A DNA stretch of 62,175 nt, the filler included, from Sphacelaria rigidula (lineage: Eukaryota), in the NCBI GenBank assembly GCA_964200075.2. It is 9 parts of 9 records of this genome, joined end to end, with 100 filler letters (N's around TTAATTAATTAA, not from the genome) between each part and the next. Parts side by side here need not be neighbours in the genome. Positions count along the whole stretch, not along the records: positions 6,921 to 13,740 come from CAXNAA020017923.1; positions 13,841 to 20,660 come from CAXNAA020017924.1; positions 20,761 to 27,580 come from CAXNAA020017925.1; 6 more parts are not named here. One strand, given 5' to 3'. A program made the position numbers and the translations under genes. Of this stretch, positions 13,681 to 24,859 are shown in pieces (within the stretch, counting starts at the first letter, position 1; each line of letters begins with the position of its first letter). The notes below the pieces were generated by a model that saw only the letters and a program-made list of their open reading frames with translations, made no database searches and was not told the origin of the DNA.

Positions 13681-13840
13681 CAGGGATGTGTACGGAGGAC
13701 AATCCGCTCCGCGCTGCGGATTATCACGGTGCGGTTTGTCNNNNNNNNNNNNNNNNNNNNNNNNNNNNNNNNNNNNNNNNNNNNTTAATTAATTAANNNN
13801 NNNNNNNNNNNNNNNNNNNNNNNNNNNNNNNNNNNNNNNN

Positions 13841-13914
13841 GTACAGTACAGTACAGTACAGTACAGTACAGTACAGTACTGTACTGTACTGTACTGTACT
13901 GTACTGTACTGTAC
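13841..13914. repeat. Perfect 74-bp palindrome formed by (GTACA)n/(GTACT)n microsatellite
   Basis: Seven GTACA units followed by GTACT units; symmetry centre at 13877/13878. Confidence 0.95.
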
Positions 13915-14879
13915 TCGCGAACGTTGAAAACGATGCAAAAAGTCTCTGCTTGACTGGCTAGGCCGATAGGGGTTCACGGACAAAACTAGTTTGATATAAA
14001 GGCCCAACATCGAGTTCTTCACGCAAGTTGACATGTTGTTTCACAACAACTTTATCACTTTTTTGCTTGCACGATATGGGGTAATCTGGCGGGGCCGGAG
14101 GTGGTGGACACATAAGTCAACTATCCGTCCGTCGTCAAAACGAGCGTTTCCGGCGTCGATGGAACTCAATTTTCCGCTACACGCACAAATCTCAGCATCG
14201 CACATATTTTGCCCGTTTTTCGCGCGACGGACACTTTTTGACGGCGCAATATCCATTCGCTCGCGACCCTCAATTCCACGTCAAGGCTTGCTCCGTCACC
14301 GCAGTTTCGGCCGGCGTCGCTGCTCGGTAACCCTCTCACATCGCTCTTGTTTTTCGCACTCGTGGTCGAAAACACGAGCGCTTAAAAATCCAAGCCCGAG
14401 ACATGAGGTTAAACCTTCACACACTCACACACACGCACACTCACGCACACTCACACACACTCACACACACTCACATACACATGGGGAAAGAGAGGGACAC
14501 CCCCCCCCCCCCTACTGTGACAGAACTGCGCAAGCAGGTACGTTCCGCAAAGTAGCTCCAATCTTTCTGCAAAAAACGTACGCCGAACCAGTAGATTGAC
14601 ATCACAACGTATGCGGACGCCCCCGAAATCGGGTCGGCGACAAACTGCCGATCACTAGAATATTTGTCAACGCTACGCGCCAAAATGGCCTAAATTGCGG
14701 CGCGCCGCCGCGGCACGGCGTTGACATCTTTTCCTGGCTTTGAGCCTGGAAGTGCGACACGGTTTACCTGAGGATTTCCCATGAAAACATCAGTCGGCAG
14801 CTACGCATCTACACGTGCAAGGGGGGAAACCTTTGTTTCCCGGGGCAGGGCCCAATGCACCATTTTGACGGGGGTGTTA

Positions 14880-15180
14880 TTGTTAATGCTCGGGTCAGGA
14901 TGTACACCCAGTCCCGTGAACTGTTGTTCCCATGCTGCGGCAGGCTGTACGTCTGGTGGGTCACAATAGCGGTGCATTTTATTCCCTCGCCACACTTCGA
15001 ATCCCTCCCCGTTTTCGGAACGAGTTGGTAGCCTCGAGGGATGGATCCATCTTTCCCCCGGTACAGGCCCGACATTTTGGTATCGGGACCGAATCGGCAC
15101 TTTCACACCGAAAGGTGTAGACCGGCGCCCAGAATAGATGGGACGACAACACACACACACACACACACACGACACACACC
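14880..15180 (+). mobile_element. Retroposon fragment sharing the SINE family A 3' tail with (CA)n end
   Basis: ACCGAAAGGTGTAGACCGGCGCCCAGAATAGATGGGACGACAA(CA)n is nearly identical to 61626-61673, but the upstream body differs. 5' boundary approximate. Confidence 0.6.
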
Positions 15181-17602
15181 GGGGCGACTTTCGTCACTCT
15201 TGTTTCGCTTCTCACGTCCTTACTTTTCGTCGGAAATCAGATACCCTTTAGAGAAAATCGCGTAGAATTGCGTGTGCGGAAACGCCAACCCCCCTACTCA
15301 GCCTTAGTCGCTTCAAAGTGTACCATGAAGGCCACCGAAGTCTGGTGGCTAGAGTGGCATCGGTACGTTGGAATATAATAGTGAAGATCAGAATGAACCA
15401 TGAGGAGGAATGGTGCGCGAGAAATGCACAAGTCGCTTCTCCTTCTTTTATGTGCCGTCTTTTTGTCGATTTCCCTTCGGCTAGAGTTTTTGTTCACGTA
15501 CCTTGGGTGCGTCTACCTTGTGGATGATGACCACGGCTGGATCCGTAGCACGCTGGTTACAGTGGAATACTCACATCAATACTGATATGGTGCACGGCAC
15601 ACGCAAGCAGCAAAAGCACCAACAGGATCCTCACTATATCAACGTCAAGCTTATAGACTCTAGGCTGAGCTAAGACTCATCTTTCTTCAATTTTTCTGGT
15701 TACCATCTGCATTATGGTATATGAGACGATGGGGTTTCCTCTTCGGCATGTTGCGGGAGTCTGAAGTCCAGAGTGGAGGTCTCACATGAAGGTGAACGTT
15801 CTATGGACGTTTCATAGGTACCGCGTGTGGATTTCGCTGAGATTCATGATACGAGAAATTCTTCCTTCGTGGACCTAGGGTCCCAGATGGACACGTCCCA
15901 GACAGAGGTCGCACGATGGCGCAAGTACGACGGCCCGTATTCCTTTTTTGAAAATGATTATCTCTGCTGTGAGTCTCACGGATTTCGGGTAGAATTATGA
16001 GAGTCATGCTCCAACAGGTGAGGGAGGGGTGTTTTGAGACAGTTCTTGCACGATATTCCAGCTCCAATCGTTGTTGAAAGCAACAGCGCTTGTCCGAACC
16101 CGCTTGCTACCGATAAGGAACGCTCATTTTCACTGCTGGGTACCGTTTGTACATAAACACAAGCGCACCGCGAGTGTTTTACGTCGTCTGACACACCTGT
16201 TATGAGCTTCTGTCTTTCTGGAATCAACCGCCCCCCCCCCCCCAATCGTAGTATGGCTCAAGATGTGCGCGTCTTCCCTTGGTTGTACTCTCTCGTGCGT
16301 CGTCTCCTAAATTCGAATATGGTATCCATCGTCATCACTTCCTCGAAAGTCAGATCACATCACTAGAGGCGTATCTTCACATCAAACGTAGAATAAACCG
16401 ATAACCCGCATATCGATCACACTTTCTCCACCACTCCCAGGCGTGAACATTGTAGTCGGATCGCACGACATACTTTGGGAAACTGCTGGGTAAGGAGAAC
16501 GGGCTGCTGGCAGCGGAGATTCGAAACGCGGTGGGCATGATCGACAATCGGACAAGGGGGAATAGTAGGAGAGTCCAATAACGACATGCGCCAGCGCCCC
16601 TGCACCATAGCACCACCACGTGCTGGAGTGCGGATTATGCGTGTAATGAGAAAAATAGGGAATCAAGCAAAGAGAGAAATTGCATCATCATACAAGAACA
16701 CGCAACGCGCAATACACATGAGTCGCAGGTGGCCAATCCCTATGCAGCCGATTTGTGTATGAAATTCACTCGAATAGCACGTACGTCTCCCAGGTGAACA
16801 ACCGTGGTTGTTCGTGGCAGATATCTGGTCGTTGTCTCCGTCGTGCTCAAAATAAACGTGTAGCCTTGGTAGCCAGCCCTGACGCGCTGCTGCGAGGGTT
16901 ACATGCAGATGCTGCACTCAAGTAATGGTCCTTGCACCGATTCCCACCGTGGCGTTTCACAGGACTCGAAACCGCAACCGAACGCTGGAGCTGCGAGACG
17001 TTTTCGAAAGGAATTGGCAGCGGATCGCGGGTGTCATTTGAAGCAAGCTCTTGGACGACTACGATGACGCCGGTGGGATGTGATTTATCATTCGTTGTTT
17101 GTGTTTTCATCGAGGGAATCGCGGCTCAAATGGCGTGTGCTGTGCTGGCGACTGGTCCGTGCCCAGCGCACTATATTTCTCATACACGTTGATGTGAGAC
17201 ACTTGTCTATATCGAGGAGCCTTGCTGCAGCGCGGCGTCGAACCTCATTCAAGAGGGCGATACGGTGATTCAGAGGGTACGAGGCTTTGCGTTTCTGTCC
17301 AGAGAAACATATTGCAGACGGCATGACCGTGAGGATTGCGCGGATTTCGTTTCAAGAAATCCATGTCCTACACGGGGTGTTGGCATGGTTCGTTTTTAAG
17401 CGCGTAATATGTTGTGGACTTCAAGTGACTCCCGACTCTTTATTGTTGCACCGAGCGGGCATCAAGTACGCGTCGGATCGGATCCACGGCATCTTCATGG
17501 GAAACGATCGCAAGGCGAATCGCGCACGAGAGTACAAATATGAGAGAGATGAAAAAATCAAGCTAGATTCAAGCCGGAACAACGGCACATGCGCGAAAAT
17601 AT

Positions 17603-17813
17603 TGTAATGCGTGAGAGGATCGCGTGCTTAGAGGACCGCATCAGAATTTGAGCATCCCTGTAGTCAGGGTTAGGGTTAGGGTTAGTGTTGAGGTTAGGAT
17701 CAGGGGCATGGTACCTGCAGGGACTGGCCCGATTGGTTTTGAAAAACGTTGATCCTGAGGTATTTTGAACAACGGCGTGGTCATCTAAGCACGCGGTCCT
17801 CTCACGCATTACA
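17603..17813. mobile_element. 211-bp MITE with ~30-bp TIRs (TGTAATGCGTGAGAGGA...) and internal TTAGGG repeats
   Basis: TIRs TGTAATGCGTGAGAGGATCGCGTGCTTAGA / TCTAAGCACGCGGTCCTCTCACGCATTACA; flanks AAATAT/AAATAG; second copy at 18943-19153. Confidence 0.9.
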
Positions 17814-18942
17814 AAATAGCAACCACCGCAGGTGCACGTTGAACAGTCCTAGGTTGCTACTCTACCCCCGTATCACACTGCCGCTCCGTGTTTGGTCCCA
17901 CCCCTTGGACTCCTCCCTGCTTTGACGAGCCTCTCCTCACCTCTCAAAAGATGACTCTCGGGTGCCATTCCTGGCGTGATTCTTGTATGTAGTAGCAGAT
18001 CATTGGTCGCTCTTGTTTTCTGTTTCCTCCGTTTTACAGCGCGTTTTGGGTGTAGATTAATGACATTTGTTTCACTCTGGTCGCAGCTTCCCGAACACCG
18101 AGGCGTTGAAATGGACCACCCGGAATGTGTGCGCCTCGTCCTTGTCGTGCGCATCGTTCTGACCTAATGAAGAGCATCTCTGGGCACTTGACTTCTTGTG
18201 AAGAAGGATTATGACGCTCTTCAACTCAATGGCACATGTCTCGGGTGAGAAGCCGCACATATGCGGTGGTGACAGTCCACAGAACTCAGGTGTGTGTGAA
18301 GGGCAATCAAGAGCCTGGTCCAAGACAAAGAACAATTCCAATTTCACAAAGTGAAGTTGGTTTCTCTGCTGTGGGTAGAAATTCGACCAAGATGTTTTTT
18401 GCGACTCCGTTGTTGCGTCGTGATTTTTGCGATCAGATCCTTGCGATCGGATATTTGAGATAGGTTTTTTGCTAGATTGTTCCAGTCTAAAAGCCTCATC
18501 GATTTCGGTATTTTTTGGGATAACTTCGTCAAACGGACACCAGACGCATCCTGCTCCAAGGAGCACCTGGGCAAACAGTAGACGCTGCCTACCTAGTATC
18601 GTCCTCCAAATCGAACTCTTGAGTGATGAGCCCAGCGTTTCGTGCCTATGTACAAGGAAGGGCGATCTTCATCTAGTATCATGCTCCAAAACGTACCTGA
18701 CAAGGGGGCAACATCTCCGTACAAACAGTAGCAATGCTAGCGGATCCTACGTCCTGAGAGTATGTAAAGTCTGGCAGCCGGCAAGGTGGTTATGTTAGTG
18801 TCCTTTTCTAGCGATGTCAACTTACAGTGCACTGGGGCAGAGATTGCAGGTGATTTTTTCAGCGATTTCCTGCTCCAAGGGGCACCTGGACACACAGCAG
18901 GTGCCGCTGCCATCTGCTCACTTCTATACCAAGCGGGGTGAG

Positions 18943-19153
18943 TGTAATGCGTGAGAGGACCGCGTACTTAGAGGATCGCATCGGAATCTGAACATCCCTA
19001 TGGCTATTATTAGGGTTAAAGTTATCGTTAGTGTTATGGTCAGGGGCGTGGTACCTCAAGGGACAGACCCAATTGGTTTTGAAAAACGTCGATCCTGAGG
19101 TGTTTTAAACTACGGCGCGGCCCTCGAAGCACGCGGTCCTCTCACGCATTACA
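18943..19153. mobile_element. 211-bp MITE, second copy, with 5-bp TSD GTGAG
   Basis: Same TIRs and length as 17603-17813; GTGAG is directly duplicated on both sides. Confidence 0.9.
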
Positions 19154-20760
19154 GTGAGGATATCCAGAGTCTATTTCTGAACAACATATATTACAGTCAG
19201 TAAAGTGAAGCGTTCAGGAGCCAGCGTTCCAGTATCGGGGTGAAGGATTGCGAATCGTATTTTTATGGCGGCAACGGCAAAGAATGAGGTACTACTGGAG
19301 TGATCACGCGAAGATTGCTCTCTCTTTTACCACAAATTCTTCTGAGGAGTGAGCCTGCGGACTGCTGGGAGAGTATCAAAACACCTCACGAGCGCCCGTT
19401 CCTTATTGTTCAAGGTGCAACTCTACGGCGTTATTTAACAACCCACTCACACAATCATCAAACCTACAATTGCACATAACGGCAGCAGCTGCTATCCGGG
19501 GTGCCCTACACTGTACAGAGTAGTGCAGTGCAGAACCACAAAAAATAAAGGTGCGTACTATTCGGCTGCGTATGACGCCGCACTCTTTTTCTGTGCCCAA
19601 CTGTTGTTTGTGGGTTCTGGCCCGATGCACGTGTAACATGGGACTTAGCTCCGGTTCCGGTGGATAGCACCCCCGCACGCTCGATGTTCAACTTTGATTT
19701 TCTCCAAAATTGATACACTGCAATCCTGGAAGATCTAGTTCATTGATACATGCCAACCTAATATATCAAAGGCGAAACGGCCGACCGCGCGATCATTGAA
19801 GGCTCTGAGAAACCCGAGGTCGACAAGGTTCACCTGGGGTGCGGTATCTTGTCACAGTATTTTAGTAGAGTGTGTGGTAGTGAGCATATTTGTGCGGGGT
19901 AACATGAGACTAGGTTTTCTCCTTCGTACGGCAGCCTGCCCCGTGGCCATACTAGGTATCGTACCGCTCACGTCCCTTGCCTCACCAATTCTTGCTGGCG
20001 GTGGAGGTAGTGTAACCTGTGTTCCCCTTCACCCAGGCGCATGGCTGCTCATGCACATACCGCGACTGCTCATACTAAAGCTGTCTGTGATACGTCACTA
20101 TGCGTGCCGTGCTGCGAACCGACAGGCGCGCCATAATGTTGTCCCGTACCTTTCCTGGACTGTACCAAGCGTTACGGCTGGGCTGACTTTCGTCGCCGGC
20201 CAGTACCTGCTACAGTAGCTTGTGGTGGAAATTCCGTTCACGTTCTTCGAGGGATGCATTCATGAGTGATCCGTTACAACGGTTTGCATCAAGCTTAGGG
20301 GATGCGGGCGACGTCGAGTGTGCTTGGTGCAGTCTGGCAACCGGCAAGGTGGTTATGGTAGTGTCCTTCTAGCGATGTCAACTTACAGTGCAATGGAGCA
20401 CAGTTTGCAGGTGACTATTTCGGCGATTGCGCCTCACCTACAGTTCGCCCAGACGCTGTGTTTTTTTTTCGATGTCACCGAGTAACATTATGACATACAT
20501 GTACAGGCTGGGCCGCCCAAGAAGCCTCCAGGAATGTTGAAGCGCATTTCCTGCGCTCAATTTTGGATCGTTTTCGATGAAAGTTTGACACGATGTACAA
20601 ACAGCGGATCATCTATGCTGAGGATGGAGATTTTCACTGAGGATGAGAACCCGGAGGATTNNNNNNNNNNNNNNNNNNNNNNNNNNNNNNNNNNNNNNNN
20701 NNNNTTAATTAATTAANNNNNNNNNNNNNNNNNNNNNNNNNNNNNNNNNNNNNNNNNNNN

Positions 20761-20992
20761 GGTAGTGGTGGAAAAAAATAATAGGGCGAGCACTCGAGTC
20801 ATTGCTCGTTGTGGAAAAAAATAATAGAGCGCGCACTCGAGTCATTGCTCGTTGTAAAAAAAGGTAATGACTCGAGCGCACGAGTCATTCTAAAAAAAAG
20901 TAATGACTCGAGCACACGAGTCATGCTCGTTGTGTTTTGGAAAAACACCCACGAGTGCACTCGTCTAAACGAGTAATAACTCGTCCGACCTG
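20761..20992. repeat. Direct and inverted subterminal repeats (CTCGAGTCATT motif) of a probable DNA transposon end
   Basis: Repeated GCACTCGAGTCATTGCTCGTTGT units and inverted AATGACTCGAG copies at the scaffold start. Confidence 0.5.
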
Positions 20993-21105
20993 TGGAATTT
21001 CCATGCTGTCGGCGCATTGCGCACGTGATTATAGGGGGGGGCTTGTTCAGAAAGCGAACAATTCACCCACTGAACCAGTGAGCCCCTACCCAACTTGGGA
21101 GCTTT

Positions 21106-24100
21106 GTGGCCAAGGGACCGATGGCGGACTTGAGCACCGCGGAAAGATACTTGACCGTCGTGGGAGAGACATCGTCTCCAACGGAGATGCTGGAGGTGAA
21201 AGAGAATGTCGCCAGCTTGCAAGGATCGGTGACGGGAATTACCGAGCAGCTAGCGGAGCTGAGCATGATGATGTCTCAATTAGTGCGCGGGACATCGTCC
21301 ACTGGCCTTGGAGCGGCAGTGGGCGGGGAGGGGGAGGCAGGCGACGGGAGGCACACCGTCGCCGGTGCCGGAACAAGGAGGGTCCGGTCACCACGCGGTG
21401 TTGGGGTTGTATCACGCCCTCTCCGAGGATCCACAGGCGATGGATCCGCTCAAGTAAGTATGAACGAGGAGTCCCCGGCTTACTACCCTCATCTAGGCGT
21501 GAAGAGTTGTTCTCGTGTTGATGAAAGATTCGATGAGAAGTTTGACCGTAGGGAGGGAAATTGGCCGTTGTTTCGTGATGAGGATTCCCTGGCACAAGTT
21601 AGTGCCGCAGTTTTCATAAGCGCCTCACGTGACAGACGGGAAATATTTCCGTATGACACAGGAAACTGGCCAGGACCCCCGTGAAGTGGCGAGGGAAGTC
21701 GAAAAAAATGAATTTACGAATTTACGAAGCACCTCGGGAGATACGGGGGATTCGATACCTGATGGGCGTGAAAAATGGTTCTGTAAAGAAGAGGCGATGT
21801 TGGATTTGCCGGCAGCAAACAGCACACTTCGCGCGTGACTGTCCGGAACGACATTGTATGAGATGCGGAAAAAGAAAAAGGGACACTCGTTTCAGGATTG
21901 TAACACAGGAGAAGACGAAGATACAGCGATGGCAGTGGGGTCGTCGGGTAGTAGCGATTCTTCAGTATGCTTGGAAGCGGGCGCAGAAGCCTTTTGAAAA
22001 TGATGGCATGAAACCTATGCATGACTCAAATACCCCTTTGATATTGTTATGTTTTGAGTGTTCGTGGCCATCATGCGGATAGCGATTCATGTACCCAAGG
22101 AAAGGTTGTTGCCCAGGTGGATCGAGATGTTGGATATCTCTGGACAATGCTGAGATCATATTTTTGATGTGGAGACCCAAACTCAGTGTTGACGTTTGAC
22201 GAATACTTCTGTGTCTGCATGAGTGCAGACTTGCTTTGCGCGCTTGTTTGACTCAATTGATGAGTAGAAGATCGTCTACCGTTTTTGTGAGTGTGAGAAG
22301 AGCGGGGCACCGCGTCTTAACTTGACTGTGGAACGGTGTCGGTGGAAATGCACAGAATGGGGGTGCGTGAAGAGTGTTGAAGACATGTTTTGACATGGAT
22401 GCCGAAACTCAACGCTTATGTGTAACATTGTTGCCACCCCGATGAGCGCAGGACTGTGGGGCACCACATCCTTACTCGATCGGTTGAGGTGGAACCTTGT
22501 TCGTCGCCTTGGTGAGTACTGGCATGTGGGGCACCATGGTCTGACTAGACTGGAGGGTGATGTCGGTAAAACTTGCCGCAGAGAGGTATGCGGATGAACG
22601 ATGGTTGAGACCACAAACTTTGAGGTGGATTCCGAACCTCGACATCTAAGTAAAAAAGTTGTTATCATTCCGAGAAGTGCAGGATTCGCGAGGAATCGGT
22701 TTCTTGACTGGATTGGTTGATAAGACTTCGTTGTTATGGTAGGAGCGAGGACTGAGTAGCACAATACTAGCCGCTTGACCTGATCATGATAATTTCGGAA
22801 GAGTGCCTGTGGACACAAAATGAAATTCCTGTGCTACAGATCGGCAAAACGCATGTGATCCATATTTGATGGCTGATAGAGAGAGCTGATGTCATGTGCG
22901 AGATGCGGTGCGTGTGCGCAGCATGGTAAAAGAAGAGCGCATTGTATCACCCATATGGGAGCTGGCCGTTGCTCGGTTGGCTGGCCAGGCGAATTCCATA
23001 CAGGTTTACACATGTTGGTATGGCATGTAAAAGGCAAAGTGTACTGTTTCATGCAACCAGGATGCTAGCGGCTAAACTGCCGTTTGATCCATGTGTGGTC
23101 TGTGAACGAGAAGTGAAGAGTTGAAATAATTGTGCTGGATTCGGGTATGATATGTGAGTGTGCGTTCGTGATTGCCGTTACGCGACACCACCGTACGGTA
23201 CGTGGTAAAAGTATGTTCATCGCTTGGTGATTGACGCGCCTGAGTAACGTGGATATTAGTAATTTTCCTTTCTGTTGTCCCACTGTCCATCCCCCTCGGG
23301 TCTGCACGATATGTGAGACGCTGAGCCTCCAAAAACCATCTTTGTCCGACACAGGTGCTGTCTGTACGGCTGAGACGAGCATGAGGTGACGGATGGTTTT
23401 GGAGGGTGGTGACCGACCGGGATCAAGATCAGTCCCTCGCTGCAAATCTCCCCGCAATGAGGGAAATATGATGAATGCAGCACTCCTTCCCCGTAGCCTA
23501 GAAGCGGGGGGGGGGACATTGATAGCAAGGATTGGGGGGGGGCTGATGCTGATCGTGTGTTTTGTCTGGAGGCGTTGAGCTGCTTTGCTCCGCCGGTCGC
23601 CAAGGGGGAATAAGGGGTAAAGTAGATGTAGTGAGTGTCTAGTTTGGTTTGATGACGTAGGCACTACTGTAGTACGGGTTACTGAATTTAAATTTCGAAA
23701 TCTGATTCTTGTACTCTAGGCAGCTAGCTGACTGACTGTGAAGTGGATTTTGGAACATATGATCCGAGTTTCAAAAGTTGTCCACTGTGTTGTGTGGGCT
23801 CATATATTATCTAGGAGCTTGGTCTCGCATGCGTAGTGCAGGTCACTCGAATGCTAAGCACGACCACCCACGCTATTGTAAGGAGCATGGGCTAGTACAG
23901 TTGCAGCATTTGACTTTCGTTTTGCGTGGATTGACCATCAGGAGCTACAGTGTGGTGAACACACAGCTCATACTCCCTTTCTTTTTCTTGGTGTGAAAAG
24001 AAAGATACCGACGTATTTGGTTCTTGGCTGGTCCTATAGTCGTTGAAACAATGACGGGTTTCGGGATTTACGGTGGTTTTACGGTCGCTGATGAAAATCA

Positions 24101-24576
24101 TATTTCTTGAGAGGATATACCTGTTGAATGCGCCGAGAGCGGAAGAGTTCTTTTCTTGGTGAATAGTTCTGTTTACTGAGTATGGTCCTTGAACCTTACT
24201 TTTGACACCCAGTCAATGGGGGGGTGTCCGTAGGATGGCCTGGGATAGTCAGTAAGATACACTTTGTCAGGATAAGGTACAATAGTCTAGTGACATACCT
24301 GTTTGAGTTGCGGGTACTACGCGGGATGACTTTGTATTGTAATATTAGTGACTAGGCATACGTGAGTGGTGTTTGTCGCATCTTGAGATCTCGACCCCTA
24401 CTGGGCTCACTCCCCTTCCTTCCTTCTTCATCAACAAAGCTTTATATACATTTCTACCTCATCTTCATCGGCAGTCAGCCGTATCCATTGATCGACTATC
24501 GCAGTCGTGTCCATTGATCGACTATCTGAGTCGAGTCTGTAGCCCATGCTCTCACGGGGTTACGAAGCTACAAACA
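21106..24576 (+). mobile_element. Heavily decayed LTR retrotransposon (copia-like): gag zinc knuckle, integrase traces, 3' LTR
   Basis: CWICRQQTAHFARDC knuckle near 21796-21842; weak integrase-like traces follow the gag region with no RT in between; G-run PPT at 24218-24224 is followed by a TGT...ACA segment. Confidence 0.55.
24225..24576 (+). repeat. Putative LTR (TGT...ACA, 352 bp)
   Basis: Starts TGT immediately after the GGGGGGG PPT, ends ACA and is followed by TGGTA (PBS-like). No second copy in the window. Confidence 0.55.
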
Positions 24577-24859
24577 TGGTAACGTGCCAAAAGACCCTGC
24601 GCTGCGAATGGCTGAACCACAGTACCAATGCAAATATCGGCTGAGAAGCTCGACCGTTTGAAGCCGGTGCAAAGTCACCGAGAGCTATCAGTCAGCCGCG
24701 GGTAAAAAATTGCAAAAAAAGCAAAGACGGGAGTGCGCACACTATGTCAGGATTGCCGACGCCGGAAAAACGGTCCACAACCGCCCAAAATTTGCCGATG
24801 AGACACGTTACGGTGGGACGGCTATACGAAAGAGTGCCGCAACCCTAGTCGAATGCAAA

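Noticed and set aside
15200-17600. Possible decayed coding region in scaffold 3
   Set aside because: Short broken ORFs with no identifiable motif or consistent splice pattern.
17665-17698. Telomere or chromosome end
   Set aside because: Only a few TTAGGG units, internal to a 211-bp MITE.
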